Part shown: in pieces, positions 58,994-64,000 of the stretch
Position numbering within the stretch: the stretch's first letter is position 1
Layout: each line of letters opens with the position of its first letter
Assembly: GCA_907165135.1 (NCBI GenBank)
Contig: OU015566.1
Location: forward strand, 4,402,001-4,466,000
Length of the DNA: 64,000 bases
DNA from: Oikopleura dioica
Lineage: Eukaryota; Animalia; Chordata
Direction of reading: 5' to 3'
Made by a program: the position numbers and the translations under genes
The notes under the pieces: generated by a model
What the model saw: only the letters and a program-made list of their open reading frames with translations
What the model was told of the DNA's origin: nothing
Database searches by the model: none

Positions 58994-60457
58994 CTAGCCA
59001 ACAAAACAAAGTGACCCCTGCTGCACGAGCAGAGGGAACTTGACAACAACAGAATTGATCAGAGCGTCGAGCTTGACGTTGAGTTCTTCATGATCGCAGA
59101 GCAGACCGGGCGTTCGATGAAGATAAGCACCACGAACGTAGCGATAAAGTGATGCCAACAGCAGAGTGAGATAGCTGGAGAGGAATCGGACGAAAAGCTT
59201 TGAGGATATCTGCACGAGACGTTGATACTGAGGCTCAGTGTCGACAATTTGGACCTAGGTGAAAGATTGTGGAAATTAAGAAGGAATAACTTGAATCTTA
59301 CCACGGGCGAAGCACCAAGTCTAATGAAGAATGAAGGGCATAAGCTAGAGGAGTTGAGGAATCGACCAAAATGCTGCAGGAAAGTCAGATGCCGATGATA
59401 AAAGGGAAGTTCAGGATGATTCAATTCGAGAGTCGACCCCGAAATCCGGTATTGGGCAAATTGCTCAGGAAAGCCGCGTTGCAAGGATTGACGCCCGATG
59501 ATTTCCCCTCTGGAACGACTAACTAAAGCATTAAAAGTTAGAAGAAATAAACAAATGATGAAAATTTGGAGATTTTAATAAAAAATAGATAATATTAGTA
59601 GGTTAGTACCTTACTCCCGTCACTGACAAAATAAATCAGATCCAGCGGGTATTCTGGCAAATAGAAGCCATTGGCACGTAGATGAAGCAGCTGGTAGACG
59701 CCGAATAGATTTCCTCCAACAACAGAACCAGTCAAGACATTAACACGTGTCAATGTCTCATCAGAGACTTCATACTTGACAGGAGAAGGCTTGAAAGGAT
59801 GAGTAGGAGGTGGCCTTGGAGGACTGGGCGCATCGTTCCGCTCTGGCACAGCAGCGGGAGTCCCATCTTCGGTGATTGGCTCGTCGATTAAAGTTTCACT
59901 CATGACGTGAGTCTGAGGTTCGTCTGCAGCAGGAATCGGAGACATGGAAGAGGGCTTAAGCGAATTTAACGAAAACTCTAGCGTTGAAAAAGGTAAAACC
60001 CGCTGAGACGCTGGAAGACTGTTGTTCGCTGCAGCAAGAGCGCATAAGTAACGGTTCTGCATAGTGACGATCTGATTAGCTAACCCGAGATGCGGGGCCA
60101 TAAGTTGACTCGAGTTCAGGGTTGAATTGGTGATAGCAACGGAAGATATGGACGAGCGCTGAGTCGCAAGCAGGGGCGTCGGAGGATTGGCGATTTCGTG
60201 ACCTCTGATTACCTCTAAAACGAGAATCAGTAACCCAGCACTAAGAATTCGGTTTAAATAGATCACTAGATTTAGTCATAAAATTATTAAAACTTTTTCT
60301 GGAAACCTATTATGGGCGCAAACGATTGAGGCAGCTCGGAAACTGGATTCTGCGCCAAATGACTGCTTATTTCTAGGTCTGAAGGATCCTCTACCACTTC
60401 CGAAGGCATCAGAGAGCGCCCTAATTCTCGAACAAGTTCAGATATATAATCGCTCAT
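58994..60457 (-). CDS. Antisense 4-exon gene downstream of pol, 410 aa, unknown function
   Basis: Exons 60457-60307, 60214-59615, 59522-59302 and 59254-58994 joined by AT-rich GT-AG introns of 92, 92 and 47 nt. Phases 1, 1 and 0 give one 1233-nt ORF with a central Pro/Ser-rich linker. Confidence 0.8.
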
Positions 60458-60599
60458 CTCTAAAAATTTACAAAATAATTTTTATGAAAGAAGCCAGAGT
60501 ACTGAGCGAAATTCCGGCGAGAAACGGAGTCACCAAATCAGCTTGCGCGCGAGGAGGCTGACCCGCGGGCTTAAATTTCGCGCCTGACGAATATCGAAA

Positions 60600-60900
60600 A
60601 CATAGAGGACCCCGGGCCGATTTTTCTCGGCGGATCGACGAAAGGTCATTAACCAATGAGACGCAAACTAACCACGCGGGCCAACCGGTTTTAAAATAAT
60701 TAGAAACTGACAGAAACAGAGAAAAACGAAAGAAGTCGGAATCGCGCTCGATCCTTTAAAGAAATCCTGAAATTCAAATACAAACTTAGCCCACTGTTCA
60801 TGCATAAGCTAACTTTATCCCCATTTAGAACTGTATAGTGAGTTAAACTCACCATTTCGCTAAATTTAAATCTTATTTGTAAAATTCTTTCTAGTCTAGA
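60600..60900. promoter_or_regulatory. Putative bidirectional promoter between divergent accessory genes
   Basis: GC-rich stretch with CCAAT (aaccaatgag, about 60652) between ATG 60457 (-) and ATG 60910 (+). Confidence 0.35.
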
Positions 60901-60909
60901 AATCTTTGA

Positions 60910-61683
60910 ATGGCCATGGATCGGATCGTGGGTAGCATGATCTCTCGATTTTCTGAGAATCAAGCCTTTCGAAACCCTGTCCCGCTAAGCGTGAGAAAGG
61001 AGCTAACCAAACGTTTGATCTGCAAGAACTACGACGATAGCCTGCTGAGCAGCTTGATCAGCGATAAATATGTCGCTGGAGTTGCCATGAGCCTCGAAAA
61101 TTGGAGACGAGTAGCGGATAGATGGGCAGCCATTCAACCTGCTAAACGAATGAAAATTAGCCGCACTCAAGTTGAAACGAAAGCTTCGATCTTCAGAAGA
61201 ATTAACGAGCTGCTTGTCCACCACGAACTCCGACCAGAGGTCGACCTGTTGGTCCTGGTCGAATCCGACTCGAGCTACGAATTCATCTGTCAAGAGTTAA
61301 CGCTGGAGGTGGAGTGGAACTTCTCACTGGAGCGAATTGGGACGCTTTCTCGGGTAGGAAAGGTCTGCTTCAATCTGTTGGCTCCAAAAGCGGGCCCGCT
61401 TGACCTGGTCTTTGGACAGAAAATCGCGATTTTTGGCCCGACAGCCGAACCAACCTTGAACATCCAGCACCTCGCCAACACGATCTGGCCGGGCTACAAT
61501 TTCGCCATGATTAACAAGGCTGAAATGAAGAACTTCTTGCGGAATGCTCACGACAGAGGAGAGGACATCTCCAACCTCTTTCACCAGTGCTGCGACCTAC
61601 ATGCCTTTTGTCAAACTTTGGAGCTAGAGATGCAAGATGCTGAAATGCTCGCTTTAGACGAGGAAACACCTGAGGTAATTTAA
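60910..61683 (+). CDS. Sense-strand ORF (257 aa), apparently intronless, unknown function
   Basis: Uninterrupted ORF with globular protein-like composition and no recognised domain. A possible donor (GAG|GTAATT) lies just before the stop. Confidence 0.65.
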   Translation: MAMDRIVGSMISRFSENQAFRNPVPLSVRKELTKRLICKNYDDSLLSSLISDKYVAGVAMSLENWRRVADRWAAIQPAKRMKISRTQVETKASIFRRINELLVHHELRPEVDLLVLVESDSSYEFICQELTLEVEWNFSLERIGTLSRVGKVCFNLLAPKAGPLDLVFGQKIAIFGPTAEPTLNIQHLANTIWPGYNFAMINKAEMKNFLRNAHDRGEDISNLFHQCCDLHAFCQTLELEMQDAEMLALDEETPEVI

Positions 61684-61876
61684 AAGACCGCTTGGTTTTA
61701 AATAATATCAAATAAGACTTAAAGGTTGGGTTATGAGCCAGATTTAAACTTTATTTTCTGTTATAAAGACGGTTACAGTTGCGTTTTCAATTTTGAGCTT
61801 ATTAAAAGAAAATGTAGAACAGATAGGAGCAAAGAAAGCAGAGGCACTCACGTTGACCCCGGCCAATCTTCTGTCG

Positions 61877-64000
61877 CCTAGAAAAGGGCGGGATCTTCGA
61901 GCTCGAGCTCGGTAGGGGCAGCAGGCTCGCGGTCGAGGAATTCCATGGCGTATTCAAACATAGTTTGATCGCGGGGATCGTCGAAGACGTAGTCGATGGC
62001 TCCACGGTGCTCGCGCGCGACATGAGCCATGAACTGGTCGTGCTGGCGATTGAGGCGGCCCTAGAAACGATAGATTTAGGTAGAATAAGTTGAGAGTGTT
62101 TAAAACGAAATTCAGAGTCCCGAGGCTGATTCGAGCTTCACCGAAGGCGGACGCAACGGTAGAAACTCAAGCCACGAAGCCGCAGACAACGCTGTTCTAC
62201 TAAATTGGATAAACTCACCACTCCGACGTGCGACAAGATCCGCGGAGCACTTCCGGTAGGGGCACCATGCGTACTGCGCAGCCGGTAGTTGGTCTCCTCC
62301 ATGACCCATGAGCCAAGATAAAGCTCACCCAATCCTGGAAGCATCACGGGAATACGGCCTGAAAAGAGAGTTTAAGGAACAAGTAAATAATGTAGTAATA
62401 AAACTTACAAGGGGGAGTGTACGGGTTTCGGCGGCCGGGATTTCGTACGCGCATCTCTAGGGCGTTGGGCGTGACGTTGAGTCCAACGTTCCACTCGTCG
62501 TCGACACGTTCTTGGCGGTCACGCTCGTAATCGCGCAAAACGCGGAAGTCGACCTGTAAGGAAATTTAGTTCTAGTTCGCTTTATTTTAAATTCTTTCAA
62601 TTTAGCTTTTGAAATTCGAATGAATCCTAGACTAATCTACCTTACTTACGTAAAACTGTTGAATCGACTGGAGCCCAGTCGTGAAGAGCGAGAGGGGAGG
62701 GCATTTCAGGAGAAGATACTTCACCTGAAGTGCGTTGAAAAACGCAAATTCCAAAGGATTGCCCATCATCATCTTGTAGCGCGAAGTGGCTAGGCTGAGC
62801 GCACGGGAAACCAAAGTCGCGAAGGCCAATTCACCAACGTTGTCTTTGGGCCGGAAGAAAACTAAAATTCAAATTTAGTATGAGAAAGTCACCGGAGAAA
62901 ACGCCAGCCCGCGACAACGATTTAGAAGTGGACATGATGGTGTGGTCCACGTTGGAAAGCGAAGAAAGTTTCTGGACTATGCTCGAGATCGCCGGCGAGT
63001 TCGACCTGATCAGGGCTGCCAAAGTGGAAAACTTGAAGAGCCCGATTTTCAAGAAGCCAGCCACGTTCCCGTTAGAAGGCTTTTCTGACTCGGCTGAGAT
63101 GTTGTTTTTGAGCTAGCAGAATTCTACTGGCCCAAGCTCGAAAACGTGGATACCGGCGGATACGTCCGAACCCAAGAAGATCTAACGGTGTGCCAAGAAA
63201 TCTGCTCGCTCACGGGGCCGCTAATGAACATTAAAACGCCGGGCGAATTTCCGATCGCTTCGATCAGCCCCGAACTCTGTGGGTCCGAATCGAAACGCCC
63301 GAGCCTGACGACATTAAACGACTGGCAAAATGGATCAGCAGCATCTGGGATCAGATCGAAAAGGCCGAAAGACGAGAGCTAGCTGCTTTGGTTCGCCTCA
63401 AAGAAAGCGGCGAAGCAGGTAAAACTTATTAAATTAAAAGCCGATTGATGATTTAATTTTCGGTTATTCTTTTCTCGTGATTAAAAAAGAAATTATAGCT
63501 TTAAATCAATTAAAGTAGACAGAATAACTTACGTCCAAGATCGCGACGCCGCCGATTTGGCTCGGGATGGCCTGGATATTCCGGACTATCTTCGAATTCG
63601 CCCTCAAGTCCGACGGAACGCACCAGCTTCCACAACAGGAATCGAGTTCGCTTGGAACGGCGATTCACGCCATCTGGGGAACCAGTAGCTACGGCGGGAC
63701 CGTCGACCATGTTTTCTCCAGTGCCGTCAATCGATCGCTGATGCTAGAAATATAAAATTAAATTTGGAACCGTTTATTTGGATTTAAGCTCAAATTGTGC
63801 CCGAAATTGTTTTTCTTTCTGATTTCTATTAATGAACAATTTTGCGTTTTAAAAGCCAAACTAACCTGGAACCATTTATAAGAAATGATCACGGCGAGCA
63901 GGAACGGATCGGAGACAAAGTGACAGTCCAGAAAGCCGTACTCGTCGTGAAGGTCGCCGACGCACTGATGACCTGGGACGTTGTCAAGCCACTCAACAAT
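61877..64000 (-). CDS. Second antisense multi-exon gene, unknown function; 5' end beyond the window
   Basis: Phase-compatible GT-AG exons >64000-63866, 63743-63533, 62861-62650, 62553-62409, 62358-62142 and about 62061-61877, bounded by AT-rich introns. Optional exons at 63344-63214 and 63112-62893. The frame of the last exon is ambiguous. Confidence 0.65.
62880..63687 (+). CDS. Possible sense-strand gene nested in or overlapping the second antisense gene
   Basis: Protein-like segments MRKSPEKTPARDNDLEVDMMVWSTLESEESFWTMLE..., AEFYWPKLENVDTGGYVR..., EPDDIKRLAKWISSIWDQIEKAERRELAALVRLKESGEA|gtaaaa and DRITYVQDRD...NQ-stop. Two frame changes are needed. Confidence 0.35.

Larger units (their letters stand above)
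52540..64000 (+). mobile_element. Large Ty3/gypsy (Tor-like) retroelement region; 5' LTR/leader tentative, 3' end not in the window
   Basis: Composition shift near 52540, TATAAATAAA at about 52856, and candidate PBS TGGTGACTGAAGCG at about 52900 followed by gag-pol. No copy of 52540-52900 was recognised downstream. Inclusion of 58.8-64 kb is inference. Confidence 0.55.

Noticed and set aside
60215-60266. Signal peptide (env-like) at the start of ORF 59595-60266
   Set aside because: The hydrophobic stretch is more simply the pyrimidine-rich end of an intron (ctcgttttag|AG). No TM or furin/fusion pattern follows. An upstream in-phase acceptor cannot be fully excluded.
1-64000. tRNA, spliced-leader RNA or snRNA genes
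   Set aside because: None recognised by eye; a covariance-model search would be needed to exclude them.

Overview
Eukaryotic (metazoan) genomic DNA, not prokaryotic. Very compact genes, mostly 40-100 nt introns, several obligatory non-canonical introns (GA-AG, GG/GC-AG) and a gypsy-type element point to the larvacean tunicate Oikopleura dioica or a close relative; this is inferred from gene architecture, not from a search. Bases 1-49 kb hold about 20 small intron-rich host genes: SLC15 peptide transporter, GT31 galactosyl/GlcNAc-transferase, ZP-domain protein, SLC43 transporter, LRR membrane protein, GMP reductase, YIPF1/2, scramblase, Ig-superfamily receptor, selenocysteine glutathione peroxidase, GALNT7-like enzyme and several unknowns. 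They are interspersed with many MITE families. Three things stand out. (1) At least four MITE insertions from different families sit inside coding sequence with their TSDs still visible. In three (SLC43, the Ig gene, GALNT) splice sites at the element ends or TSDs restore the reading frame, so this is intron gain caught in the act. The GPx case is less clear, and a fifth insertion (scramblase) is not rescued and truncates the protein. (2) A young 1.55-kb non-autonomous LTR element (202-bp LTRs, 1 mismatch, TCAT TSD) carries a polarised tandem array of six tRNA primer-binding-site copies. (3) A 1911-aa Ty3/gypsy gag-pol ORF is followed, with no 3' LTR seen in the window, by over 5 kb of unknown genes. 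The antisense ones are multi-exon and cleanly spliceable, while the adjacent sense ORF appears intronless, as expected for cargo carried through an RNA intermediate. All exon models were read by eye and need RNA-seq confirmation.
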